The notes: a model not told the origin generated them from the letters alone. A stretch of 36,784 bases of DNA from Lentisphaeria bacterium (GCA_041690595.1 JAWLHB010000012.1:1-36784); one strand, 5' to 3'; positions 7,033-16,908 are shown, counted from the stretch's first letter. Program-made: numbers and translations.

Positions 7033-8346
7033 ATGTCTGCCTTGGCGCAAGCCGCTCACATACGCGAAGAGAACAGCCGTCCCGATGCCATGCGGGAGCA
7101 GCTGCGGCAGCATTTCCACAGCGTTCGCGGTTTCACGGAAGAGCTGTGCGAACCGTTAGAGATCGAGGATTTCGTGGTGCAGTCCATGCCGGACGTGAGT
7201 CCGACGAAGTGGCACATCGCGCACACCACGTGGTTCTTCGAGGCGGTGGTGCTGGCGCGGGCCAGCCTTGGGCATCACCCCTTCGACATGCAGTACGCGT
7301 ACCTCTTCAACTCCTACTACGTCAGTCTTGGCGAGCGTCACTGCCGCCCGAAGCGTGGCCTTCTGTCGCGTCCGACGGTGGCCGAGATCTATCGCTACCG
7401 GAGCTATGTGGATGATGCAATGGAACAACTGCTGGATGTGGTCAACAACGACGAACTGATGCATCTGGAACCGCTGATCGAAATCGGCCTGCACCACGAG
7501 CAGCAGCATCAGGAATTGCTGCTGATGGACATCAAGCATGTCCTTGCGCAGAATCCATTGGCGCCAGCCTACGTCGAAGCGACGAAGGAGTGGAAGGCGC
7601 GGGAGGAGACCGGGCTGGAGTGGGTGGATCTGGCCGAAGGGGTTCAGGAGATCGGTCATGGCGGCGGCGGCTTTGCCTACGATAACGAAGCACCCCGCCA
7701 CCGAGTCTACCTCCACCCCGCGCGCCTGGCCGGCCGGCCGGTGACGGTGAAGGAGTATCTTGCCTTCATGGAAGATGGCGGCTATGACCGCGCCGAGTTC
7801 TGGCTTTCGGCCGGGTGGAATTGGTTGAATGAAGAAGGGATCCAGGCGCCGCTCTACTGGTTCCGCACCAATGGAGAATGGCGGATCTTCACCTTGACCG
7901 GCATGCGATCGCTTCATCCCGACGAGCCGGTCTGTCACGTCAGCTATTACGAGGCGGATGCCTATGCGCGATGGGCCGGCGCCCGGCTGCCGACGGAAGC
8001 AGAGTGGGAGGTGGCGGCGAGCCCACTTACCATTCGCGGCAACTTTGTGGAAGATGGCAACTATCACCCAATCGCCATGCCGGCGGCAGCATCGGACCAA
8101 CCACTGCAGCAGATGTACGGGGATGTCTGGGAATGGACCAGCAGCCACTATTCGCCCTACCCCGGCTTCAAGCCGCTGCCCGGTCCCTTGGGCGAGTACA
8201 ACGGCAAATTCATGGCCAATCAGTTTGTCCTGCGAGGCGGCAGCTGCGCCACCTCGATCAGCCACATTCGTACAACCTATCGCAACTTCTTCCCAGCCGA
8301 CGCCCGATGGCCCTTCACCGGCATCCGGCTGGCTCAGGACAGTTGA
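7033..8346 (+). CDS. egtB: ergothioneine biosynthesis sulfoxide synthase EgtB
   Basis: DinB-like N-domain QSMPDVSPTKWHIAHTTWFFE, LFNSYY, RGLLSRP and Fe-binding HHEQQHQEL. FGE-sulfatase C-domain with RLPTEAEWE, GDVWEWT, EYNGKFM, LRGGS and YRNFF. Confidence 0.96.
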   Translation: MSALAQAAHIREENSRPDAMREQLRQHFHSVRGFTEELCEPLEIEDFVVQSMPDVSPTKWHIAHTTWFFEAVVLARASLGHHPFDMQYAYLFNSYYVSLGERHCRPKRGLLSRPTVAEIYRYRSYVDDAMEQLLDVVNNDELMHLEPLIEIGLHHEQQHQELLLMDIKHVLAQNPLAPAYVEATKEWKAREETGLEWVDLAEGVQEIGHGGGGFAYDNEAPRHRVYLHPARLAGRPVTVKEYLAFMEDGGYDRAEFWLSAGWNWLNEEGIQAPLYWFRTNGEWRIFTLTGMRSLHPDEPVCHVSYYEADAYARWAGARLPTEAEWEVAASPLTIRGNFVEDGNYHPIAMPAAASDQPLQQMYGDVWEWTSSHYSPYPGFKPLPGPLGEYNGKFMANQFVLRGGSCATSISHIRTTYRNFFPADARWPFTGIRLAQDS

Positions 8347-8358
8347 GAGGATAGCATC

Positions 8359-9354
8359 ATGTGTTCCCCATCCTGTCTGCTCCCCTTGGAAATCATTCCC
8401 CTTGATTATGAGGACCACCAGCACGCCTTCGCCATCGCCGTCCGTGATGGCCTGACCCATCGGCCAAAACAGTTGCCCTGCCGCTTCATCTATGATGAGC
8501 GCGGCTCGCAGCTCTTCGAATCGATCTGCAATCTGCCGGAGTACTATCCCACGCGCACCGAAGCCGCACTCCTGGCGGCCCATGCCCACGAGATCGTCGC
8601 TCACCTGCCCGACGACAGCATCCTCGCGGAGCTGGGCAGCGGCAGTTCCACCAAAACCCGACACCTCATCGAAGCCTTCCTTGCCCGGCAACAGGACCTG
8701 CTCTACTTGCCGGTGGACATCTCACCCAGCATCCTCGAAGAGAGTTCGCAGGCCTTAATTGACGACTTTACCGGCCTGGCCATCACCGCGGTCGCCGCTG
8801 AATACGATGAAGGGTTGCGCTTCCTGCACGAGCTTCACCGCCCCAAGCTTATTGCTTGGCTGGGGGGTAATGTCGGGAACCTTACCCATGCGGAAGCAAT
8901 CCGCTTCCTCCGGCGGACCCGCACCTGCGTCAGCACCGAGGATCGCCTGTTGATGGGGGTCGACCTGCGCAAGTCGACCGAGCTGCTGATACGGGCTTAC
9001 GACGACAGCGCGGGCGTCACGGCAGCCTTCAACGCGAACCTGCTCGTCCGTATGAACCGGGAACTGGGCGCCGATTTCGATCTGGACAGCTTCGTCCACG
9101 AAGCTCGCTATAACCGCGGCAAAGGACGCATCGAAATGCATCTGCGCAGCACCCGCGACCAGACGGTGCACATCGCCCACATCGGAACCACCGTCAAGTT
9201 TGCCCGCAATGAGACGATCCATACCGAGAACTCCCACAAGTACACCCTCCGGCAGATCGACAAGCTCGCCGCTCGCGGCGGCTTCGCCATTGCCCAGCGC
9301 TGGGTCGACAGCCGAAACTACTTCTCCCTGAACCTCTTGGCCCCGCGTCCCTGA
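8359..9354 (+). CDS. egtD: L-histidine N-alpha-trimethyltransferase EgtD
   Basis: Motifs KQLPCRFIYDERGSQLFESICNLPEYYPTRTE, ELGSGSSTKT, AYDDSAGVTAAFN and ETIHTENSHKY. Lies 12 bp downstream of egtB. Confidence 0.96.
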   Translation: MCSPSCLLPLEIIPLDYEDHQHAFAIAVRDGLTHRPKQLPCRFIYDERGSQLFESICNLPEYYPTRTEAALLAAHAHEIVAHLPDDSILAELGSGSSTKTRHLIEAFLARQQDLLYLPVDISPSILEESSQALIDDFTGLAITAVAAEYDEGLRFLHELHRPKLIAWLGGNVGNLTHAEAIRFLRRTRTCVSTEDRLLMGVDLRKSTELLIRAYDDSAGVTAAFNANLLVRMNRELGADFDLDSFVHEARYNRGKGRIEMHLRSTRDQTVHIAHIGTTVKFARNETIHTENSHKYTLRQIDKLAARGGFAIAQRWVDSRNYFSLNLLAPRP

Positions 9355-9424
9355 CCGGTAAACCGATCGGTAAAGTGGAATTCAGCGGTTGCGTGCAGTA
9401 CGTTGGATTGCAGCGCGTGCTGAC

Positions 9425-9841
9425 ATGTACTACGTACCAAGGAAGCCCCATGAGCGTATACAGTGGGGATGTTTTCCCGAACCGGGCGAGAGCTTGCGTT
9501 TCCCACCTAAGGACGCCCCCGCGAGCGCCAGGGATGTGGCGAGCGGAAGTGCCATCTTCAGCCTCGAAGCGGAGCAGGTGAGGGTATGCCCCCTGCCAAA
9601 GCTGCCTGCCAAGGCGAGATGGGTTACATTGAAGGACTACCCATTCGCCCGTAGGACTATAACCTCCGACATGCGAACGGTGGAGACGAAAATCGAATAC
9701 GAGCAGGCCGGCCACATCTGGCAAGCTGAAGAAGTGCTGGTCGATGGGGAGTGGAAGCGCTACTACGGCTTCGTCGGCAGATACTGCATCGCCAAGGTAC
9801 CAGCCGAAGAGATCGAACTCGCGGCCGATGCACAGAAATAG
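9425..9841 (+). CDS. hypothetical protein (start uncertain)
   Basis: Fills the gap between egtD and the kinase gene on the same strand and has protein-like composition. In-frame ATG at 9425 has a weak RBS. Confidence 0.6.
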   Translation: MYYVPRKPHERIQWGCFPEPGESLRFPPKDAPASARDVASGSAIFSLEAEQVRVCPLPKLPAKARWVTLKDYPFARRTITSDMRTVETKIEYEQAGHIWQAEEVLVDGEWKRYYGFVGRYCIAKVPAEEIELAADAQK

Positions 9842-9929
9842 CCACCCGCGTCTCCGCGTCCCCGCGCAGGTTGTGTCCGCGGGAGTGGTGTGATAGATTG
9901 GTCCACGCTCAGCAGAGGAGGCGCATTCG

Positions 9930-11678
9930 ATGCATGCGGAACAGGTACGGCAGCTGATCAGCCAGTTGCAAGCACAAGCTCGTCCGGCGCGGCTTCACTG
10001 TGTCCCGGCGATTCCAGAGGAGGCGCTGGCGTTGGGCCGGCGGTCGTGCAGCGATCGCCAGGCGGATGAACAGGTGCTGCTCTATGTGGATCTCTCCGAA
10101 GATCTTTCCCTCGATCCTGGGCTGATACTGACGGATCGTGCTATCTACGTCACCGAACTGCCCACTCTCCGGATCGCGTTGGAGCAGCTCCTGTCGGAGA
10201 CGTGCATCGATCGCATGGGGCAGACATGGCTCTACGTCAATGATCTGCTCCTCTGCACGATGCCGGCTGAGGCGGCGGAAGCGGGGAGCTACCTCCTCGC
10301 CTTGCTTCGCGCCATCCGCCTTCTGCGCTTCGAGGAAATGGGAAACGACCTGACGCTGAAGCCGCGATCGGATGACCTGTCGGCCGGCACGGACGGCTGG
10401 CTGCGCGAGCTGACCAGCCGCAGTGGCGAGGCGGATCTTCTGGCAGGCAAGTACCGCGTCCTGCAATGCCTTGGCGAAGGAACGTATGGCATCGTTTCAC
10501 TGGCGAGGGATGTTCGGCTGGACAAGCTGGTCGCGATCAAGCAACTGACCCAGCATTCGGCGCAGAACGCCCGTTCGCAAGCGCGTTTCATCCAGGAAGC
10601 TCGCGTGCTGAGCAGGTTGACCAATCGCCATATTGCCGCTGTCCATTCGCTCGACTACTGCAACGGCGACTACCTGCTGATCATGGAGTACCTCTCCGGC
10701 GGTTCGCTGGGAGACCGCCTGGAGCACGATGGACAACAGTCGACGGAAGCGACGCTGCGGGTTGCCCATGACATGCTGGTGGCGCTGGTCGAGGCACATC
10801 AGCATGGAGTGATTCACCGCGACATCAAGCCCGGCAACATCCTCTTCGATGCGGAAGGTCGGGCAAAGCTCACGGATTTCGGCATTGCCCACGTTCCGGC
10901 CGAGCTCGGGGGGCTGCATCTCACCTCACAGGGCGCTCCCTTGGGGACGGTCCTCTACATGGCGCCGGAGCAGGTGCAGGCTGTGGAGATCGACGGCCGC
11001 TGCGACCTCTATGCCCTCGGCGCGGTTCTCTATCGCATGCTCTGTGACGATACCTACTTGGAACGCCATCAGTGCCGCAGCCTCCACCTCGCCTTTCAGC
11101 AGATTCTGCAGGTCGAACCGCGGCCCCTGCATGCGCGCGTGCCGGGACTTGACCACGATCTCTCGGCCTTCGTTCATCGGCTGCTGGCAAAGGCGCCGGA
11201 CGATCGCTTCACCAATGCCAGTGAGGCCCTCGAAATCGTGCGCGCCATGCAGCGAGGAAGCACGGCGACCGCCATTGCCTCCACCAGGTCGTTCCCGGAA
11301 CCGGTATTGACAACAGGGGGAGTCGATAAATACCGCAAGGCGCTGAAGCTCGTCCTCGCCGATGGCATCATGGTACTGCGTGAAGAGGAGATGCTGCAGG
11401 CGCTGGCGGCAAAGTGGTGCATCTCGCCGGATACCGCTCAGAAGCTGCAACGGGAAGCGCTCGAGCAGGCCGGCCTCTGCTGCAGCGTCAACAATATTCT
11501 TGAAGTCGAGGAGATGGTGCGCATCTTCCTGACCGACGGGCTGCTGCAGGTGCCTGAACGCGACCTGCTGAACGAGCGCGCCGCTGCCTATGGACTGACG
11601 GATGAAGTCGTCGCCAACATCATCCGTATCGTCGCCAACGAACTCGGCATAGCACCACCAGTAGCGATGCAGCCCTGA
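9930..11678 (+). CDS. Hanks-type Ser/Thr protein kinase with C-terminal TerB-like helical repeats
   Basis: Intact LGEGTYG, VAIK, HRDIKPGN, DFG, GTVLYMAPEQ and DLYALG motifs. The C-terminus has two related segments (LADG...EEEMLQALAAKWCIS and LTDG...ERDLLNERAAAYGLT). RBS GAGGAGG. Confidence 0.93.
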   Translation: MHAEQVRQLISQLQAQARPARLHCVPAIPEEALALGRRSCSDRQADEQVLLYVDLSEDLSLDPGLILTDRAIYVTELPTLRIALEQLLSETCIDRMGQTWLYVNDLLLCTMPAEAAEAGSYLLALLRAIRLLRFEEMGNDLTLKPRSDDLSAGTDGWLRELTSRSGEADLLAGKYRVLQCLGEGTYGIVSLARDVRLDKLVAIKQLTQHSAQNARSQARFIQEARVLSRLTNRHIAAVHSLDYCNGDYLLIMEYLSGGSLGDRLEHDGQQSTEATLRVAHDMLVALVEAHQHGVIHRDIKPGNILFDAEGRAKLTDFGIAHVPAELGGLHLTSQGAPLGTVLYMAPEQVQAVEIDGRCDLYALGAVLYRMLCDDTYLERHQCRSLHLAFQQILQVEPRPLHARVPGLDHDLSAFVHRLLAKAPDDRFTNASEALEIVRAMQRGSTATAIASTRSFPEPVLTTGGVDKYRKALKLVLADGIMVLREEEMLQALAAKWCISPDTAQKLQREALEQAGLCCSVNNILEVEEMVRIFLTDGLLQVPERDLLNERAAAYGLTDEVVANIIRIVANELGIAPPVAMQP

Positions 11679-11708
11679 GACGGCAATCGAGAGAGGAGGA
11701 AAGAGAGC

Positions 11709-12434
11709 ATGTTGGACCAGTTGGACCAGCACCCTGATTGGCTTTTTGACGAGTCGACGCATGTTGGCGTTGACTACGCGGACAAGGACCTTGTTGCCGA
11801 TTACGACAGGCAGCACAACGGCTTCAGGGATTTCCAGAAGGAAGCGGAGAGGATAGTCGACCTGCTCGCGTTGGCGGAAGACTCGACCGTGTTGGATATT
11901 GGCTGCGGCACTGGCGGGCTGTCCGCCTGCCTGGCACGGAAGTGCAGACACATCCACGCTGTCGATGTCTCATTGGCCATGGTAGATACGCTCAAAAACA
12001 AGATGATACGTTAGGGACTGAAGAATATTTCTCCCATACAATCAGGATTTCTGACATACCAGCACGAGGACGAGCCCCTCGATGCCATAGTTGCCAACAT
12101 CGCGCTCCATCATCTACCGGACTTCTGGAAGCAGATTGCGCTTTGCCGACTTCACGACCTGCTCAAGCCGGGAGGCAGGATGTTCCTCGCCGATGTCGTC
12201 TTTGATTTCGAACCCAGGAGCTATCGACAAGCCATTGGCGGCTGGCTCAACAGCATGCGGCAACTCGCGGGTCCAAGAATTGCAGACGAGACGGCCGTCC
12301 ATGTGCGTGATGAGTTCAGCACCTGGGAGTGGGTGATGACGGGGATGCTTCAGCGCGCCGGATTCCAAGTCGACCAGACTCTCGTCATGATGCCGAATCT
12401 GCGAGCTTACGTCTGTTCAAAACCCTGCGACTGA
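11709..12434 (+). pseudogene. class I SAM-dependent methyltransferase interrupted by one in-frame TAG (12012-12014)
   Basis: VLDIGCGTG and HAVDVS lie before the stop. The same frame continues GLKNISPIQSGFLTYQHEDEPLDAIVANIALHHLPDFWKQIALCRLHDLLKPGGRMFLADVV to TGA 12434. Strong RBS. Confidence 0.85.
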
Positions 12435-12559
12435 GGTCCGCCGCCTTCGCCAGCCAGCCCCAGAAAATACGCCGCGATTAGTTGATAGCACGACCGAAGA
12501 TCGCTACTTTTACAGGTTCCACCATACACTCTGCAAACTCCGTGTCACACGAGGATAGG

Positions 12560-12850
12560 ATGCCCGAAAACAAGAATGTCGTAGTCGGTATTTGTTGGTG
12601 GAGCCCCGAGCAGTGGGACCGCCTGAAGGAGATCAGTATCGATGGCGAAGAACTCGATAACACCTTCGCTGAGTGGCAGCGAAGCGTTGCTCACGGGATG
12701 AAGACCTTTCGACGAAAAGGCGTAAAGGTCGCCAGAATACGTGTCGACCTGGATGAACTCATCGCATGGTGTGAAGAGCAGAAGATGCCACTCGACGGAA
12801 AGGCTCGCGCCAAGTACGCCCACATGAAGCTGACGGAGAAAATGCAGTAA
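12560..12850 (+). CDS. conserved-looking small hypothetical protein (96 aa)
   Basis: GAGGATAGG precedes ATG 12560. The sequence VGICWWSPEQWDRL...FAEW...VDLDELIAWC...DGKARAKY looks globular. Function unknown. Confidence 0.75.
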   Translation: MPENKNVVVGICWWSPEQWDRLKEISIDGEELDNTFAEWQRSVAHGMKTFRRKGVKVARIRVDLDELIAWCEEQKMPLDGKARAKYAHMKLTEKMQ

Positions 12851-12918
12851 GCCGCAGCGTTAACACGCCCCGGTAGACGAGAGCGCCTGCCCCCCCAATT
12901 TAGCGTCCAAACCTCTCT

Positions 12919-14610
12919 TCAGGTGATCTGGGAGGGATCGCTGGCGTGCTCGCCGATGTGGCTCGCGAAGCGGGGGCCCTTCAGGTGAATATCCGGTCGC
13001 TCGAAGAACGATCGAGCACGTGGGGCTACCGGGCCTCCCGCTTTCCCGGCAAGGTAGATCCGGGTAAGCTCTTCATACGCCGCATTTCGCGCTTCCGTCA
13101 CGCAATCCGGCGATCGCATCCGCTCCACGTCGATGATTGCGCGTAGGAGAAGGATGCGCCAGCGCCATCCAGACCGGGCGCCGGAGGTCATCACCGACTC
13201 CGCCGAACGCAGCAGGGTCAGGGCGCGCTCCGCCCCCTCCAAGGTGAGAGTGGATTCCGGATAGATGGTCTCCAGAATATCGATGGCTTCACTGACCGAC
13301 TGGATCGTCGCCGTGCCGAACTCGAAGTTCGCATAATCACGGATGATTTCGACCGCCTCTGCCTCGCGATTCCAGAAGAGGGAGATGCAGATGACCTTGT
13401 TGATGTCCTCGAATCGCCCCTCCGAGTAGGGAAGGCCGCCATCCAGCAGATGCTTCGCCTGCCCCCAGAGGTCGGCGATGCGCCGCGGGAATGGATTGGC
13501 ACCGGAACCGCCCCACGGGAAGCGCCCCCACATGCTGATCTCGGCGAAGTTGATCATCGGCAAGCCTCCCGGCACCCCATGCTCGAGCGGGTACGTCGGG
13601 AAGTTGCCATGCGCATCCGCCATGATCATGTCACACCAGTCACCGTCGCTGGCCAGCAGCCGCGCCAATCCTTCGTATTCGCCGTCCGACTCTTCCCGCA
13701 CATCGTAGCACCACGTGCAGAGGATCAGCTTGCAGGCTGGAAACTGCTCCCGCGCCAGCGCAATCACATCGCGGGACAGGAGCGGGAAGCCCTTGGCTCC
13801 CCAGGGCCAGCAGTCCGCGCACCCGCAGCCTCCCGCGTCGTAGGGGAAGGTCGCGATCGAGTCGATGGTCAGGCCGGAGTAATAGCTGAAATCGTCTCGC
13901 AGCCGCGACATGATGAAGGCGTGTCCCTCCGGCTTGGACGGGCAGACAAAGCTGACTGGATTGTCGCCAGCACCGCGACGGGCCGGATTGGTATCGGGGA
14001 AAGGGCTTGCCTGTATCTCCGGCGGGATCGGGCCGAATCCAAAGTTCGGCGCGTAGAGGAGCACCACCTTGAGCCCCAGCCCGTTGGCATGTTCAATGAT
14101 CTGCCGATTCCGCCGCAAGTACTCCCCGCGCTCCGGCTCCGGAAGATTGTCGTAGAGCACGAAATTAAAGGCAACCGTATTCAGCCCCCACAGCACCAGC
14201 TCCTCCAGATACCCCGTAAAGGCTTCCACCGTACATGTGTAGTTCCAGTTGCCGAAATTGTTGGCAAAGTAGATACCCCGCGTATGTCCATCCGGGGCGG
14301 ACGCACCACGCCACGAGGAGGGCGAGAAGCCCGCTGGCCCATACGTACTGGTGTGGAGAAACTTGCCGAGCCCGTACAGCAGGCCAAGCTCGTCGGAGGC
14401 ACTGATCCCGATCCCGTCCCCCTCCGTCGCGATGCAATAGCCATTTTCCGGACTGCCTGGACGGATCGCCAGCCGCAGAAGCGAAGCCTCGCCGCCAGCC
14501 TGCACGTCAACTCCCGACTTCTCACCAAGCACCCGCGTGAAGATCCGCATCACGTGGTTCAGTCGCGCCGATGGCGACGCCAGAAGCTGGTACTCAACCT
14601 TTTCTGCCAT
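12919..14610 (-). CDS. uncharacterised glycoside hydrolase-like protein (GH20/GH67-type N-terminal domain plus probable TIM barrel)
   Basis: ENGYCI...ISASDELGLLYGLGKFL followed by P...TRGIYF is the hexosaminidase domain-2-like signature. Also has a GGCGCADC Cys motif and CAZyme-locus context. Confidence 0.7.
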   Translation of the reverse strand: MAEKVEYQLLASPSARLNHVMRIFTRVLGEKSGVDVQAGGEASLLRLAIRPGSPENGYCIATEGDGIGISASDELGLLYGLGKFLHTSTYGPAGFSPSSWRGASAPDGHTRGIYFANNFGNWNYTCTVEAFTGYLEELVLWGLNTVAFNFVLYDNLPEPERGEYLRRNRQIIEHANGLGLKVVLLYAPNFGFGPIPPEIQASPFPDTNPARRGAGDNPVSFVCPSKPEGHAFIMSRLRDDFSYYSGLTIDSIATFPYDAGGCGCADCWPWGAKGFPLLSRDVIALAREQFPACKLILCTWCYDVREESDGEYEGLARLLASDGDWCDMIMADAHGNFPTYPLEHGVPGGLPMINFAEISMWGRFPWGGSGANPFPRRIADLWGQAKHLLDGGLPYSEGRFEDINKVICISLFWNREAEAVEIIRDYANFEFGTATIQSVSEAIDILETIYPESTLTLEGAERALTLLRSAESVMTSGARSGWRWRILLLRAIIDVERMRSPDCVTEARNAAYEELTRIYLAGKAGGPVAPRARSFFERPDIHLKGPRFASHIGEHASDPSQIT

Positions 14611-14775
14611 GATCCCAATCTCCGGGAAGGTGGATGGTGAAAGTGTGCGGTATCATAGTACTTCGGGTCCATTTTGTCTTGCAGCGCCTGACAGCCATTA
14701 CGGATTTCGCCGCAACAGAGGTCGACGACGCCACCTGGTGCCCGCCGAACAGATGATGATGTCAGCCTGCCCGGT

Positions 14776-16839
14776 TCACCCTGTGCAAATGCCGATCCAG
14801 CCAGTGCAGCGGGCTGGCACCGTCACCAGCAACGGGTTGGCCGGCGAATGGCTGCCCAGCCTCTTGCCGTGCAGCAGGTCAGTGGCGTCTCCCGCTACCA
14901 CCTCATGACCATCCAGGTTGACGGTGACTGGCTCGTGGTGCGGATTGGTCAGGTAGATGACTTGTCGGCCAGGAGCTGCCGCCCGTTCACCAAAGACGGG
15001 CAGCTCGGAGGTGAACCAGCGCCCAATTCCCGCCAGGGTTGCCCACTCTCGCAACCAGCACACCAGCGAACCCCGCTCCCCGGCATGTCCGGGACAGGTC
15101 CCCACATACCAGCAGCTTCCGGCGCCATACGTGCGCCGCGTAATGGCTGGATGCCCCTCCCATGTCGCCACAACCTCGGCATCGTCAACCCGCAACTCCT
15201 CCACCGTCCAGTACCCCTTCAGCGGTCCCGGTCCACCGCCTGTCAGGCTGATGTCGCTGTTGTACCAGCGGCTCAACACCCGCATACCGAAAGCATCACT
15301 CCACGGCTGCGCCGGCAGGATGCGTGGCACGAAGTGGTTGTCGTCATAAAGCCCTGTGCAAGCGGTGGCGATGAGCATGCCCCCGGCCTCGACCCATGTC
15401 AACAACCGTGGGATCGTGGCGGCTGGCAATGCTGTCCGCATCGGCAGGATCAACAGCCCACAAGTCTTGAGGGAGAGCTGCTCCAGGTGGGTCGCCTGCC
15501 ATACCTCCGGCGTAAAACCGGCTTCCAGGCAGGCGAAGAACCAGCCTTCCGCTTCACGCGCCGCGCCGATCCCCTGACGATGCCAGCTGGCTGCCCGCGC
15601 TTCGAGCGCCGGGCTGTCCAGATCGTTGAGTATGCCCACGCGCCCGGAGAGCCGATACACCGCTTCCAATAGCTCCCGATGCCGACTGATTGCGCTCGTC
15701 AGTTCCTGCACGGCCTTGGTGCGTTCGTTGTCGGAGCCATCGAAGTTGACGAAGCCCCAGCTGGGAGCTTCCTCGCCAAAACGTTCATTCCGGTACTGCC
15801 AGAGAAGGGCCGCCTCAGCTCCATGACCCTTTGCCTGCAGCAGCGTCGCCTGTGTCTCCGCTCCCGTGCGACAGGTGTGTCCGTACTGATAGAAGACGTG
15901 GCCACTGGCCACCTCGCTCAACCACCAGGGGCTGGCCCCCGCGGCCGAGCGGGAGATGGCATAATAGAGCGCGCCATAGCAATAGTCGTTGGTCTCGCCC
16001 AGCTGGTATTCAGTCAGATACTGGCTGGTGCCATAGCAATCGAGCAGATCGGCCGCGTGCCAGTCGTCATGGCGGGAGTTGTTGAGAACAGTGGTGCCCG
16101 GGTGTGCCGTCACCCGATGTACAGTATCGATCTGGCGAACCAGTTCACACCGCCGCCGCAGCTCATCGACTGTGCGTTGGCGCTGGAACTGCGTGAAGAT
16201 CAAGTGCAGTTTAGGCGATCCGGAGTGCATGCTCAGCGGCGGCACCAGGTCCACCTCCGCGAAAGCGCCATACTGAGTCAGCAACGCAGCGTTCAACGCG
16301 CCGACTGCGCCAAAGCGCTCCCCAAGGTAGCGTTGCCAACGCTCGCGGGTAGGATCGTCGTAGCTGATCGGCCCCCCGTGCGGCTGAAACTCGTTCCACA
16401 CATCCCACCCGTACAATGCCGGGTGCTTTGCGTATCGCTGCACAGTCTCAAGGAAGAACCGGCTTGTCGCTTCCGCCGCGACCGGCCAATCCGGATAGAC
16501 GCCCGGATACCCACCCCCGACCACCATTCCCATGCCGCTCACCGGTTCCACGCTCCCGTCGGCGCGGCGTGGCCAGCAGTCGCGGTGCCGCTGCAGGAAC
16601 CAGTTCGGCTGGCACTCCGGAATGAGTTGGATCAGTACCTGAAGATCGTTGGCCGCGGCCAGCTCCAGAAAGTCGTCATAATCTGACCATGTCCACTCCC
16701 CCTCGGTCGGCTCCACATGGCGCCAGTATAACCAGCAGCGGACTATCTTCAGCCCCAACTCGCGAATATGGGCCATATCCTCCGCCCACACCTCCCTTTC
16801 CGGATTGGGCGGACGCAGATACTGAGTACCGATAATCAT
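14776..16839 (-). CDS. beta-galactosidase, GH42-like
   Basis: GTQY...WAEDMAHIRELGLKIVR..W..VEPTEGEW, acid/base motif WDVWNE, nucleophile region WLSE, and a trimerisation-like domain (WVEAGGMLI, YGAGSCWYVG). Confidence 0.88.
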   Translation of the reverse strand: MIIGTQYLRPPNPEREVWAEDMAHIRELGLKIVRCWLYWRHVEPTEGEWTWSDYDDFLELAAANDLQVLIQLIPECQPNWFLQRHRDCWPRRADGSVEPVSGMGMVVGGGYPGVYPDWPVAAEATSRFFLETVQRYAKHPALYGWDVWNEFQPHGGPISYDDPTRERWQRYLGERFGAVGALNAALLTQYGAFAEVDLVPPLSMHSGSPKLHLIFTQFQRQRTVDELRRRCELVRQIDTVHRVTAHPGTTVLNNSRHDDWHAADLLDCYGTSQYLTEYQLGETNDYCYGALYYAISRSAAGASPWWLSEVASGHVFYQYGHTCRTGAETQATLLQAKGHGAEAALLWQYRNERFGEEAPSWGFVNFDGSDNERTKAVQELTSAISRHRELLEAVYRLSGRVGILNDLDSPALEARAASWHRQGIGAAREAEGWFFACLEAGFTPEVWQATHLEQLSLKTCGLLILPMRTALPAATIPRLLTWVEAGGMLIATACTGLYDDNHFVPRILPAQPWSDAFGMRVLSRWYNSDISLTGGGPGPLKGYWTVEELRVDDAEVVATWEGHPAITRRTYGAGSCWYVGTCPGHAGERGSLVCWLREWATLAGIGRWFTSELPVFGERAAAPGRQVIYLTNPHHEPVTVNLDGHEVVAGDATDLLHGKRLGSHSPANPLLVTVPARCTGWIGICTG

Positions 16840-16908
16840 GTTTGCTCTCCTGTTCAGACCTGCTTTGGATCGCCAAGCAGGTTGAGTTGTTGCTTCACTG
16901 TCGCCAGG

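Noticed and set aside
7033..8346. Selenoneine synthase SenA or ovothiol synthase OvoA
   Set aside because: There are no senB/senC neighbours and no C-terminal methyltransferase domain. The adjacent egtD supports EgtB.
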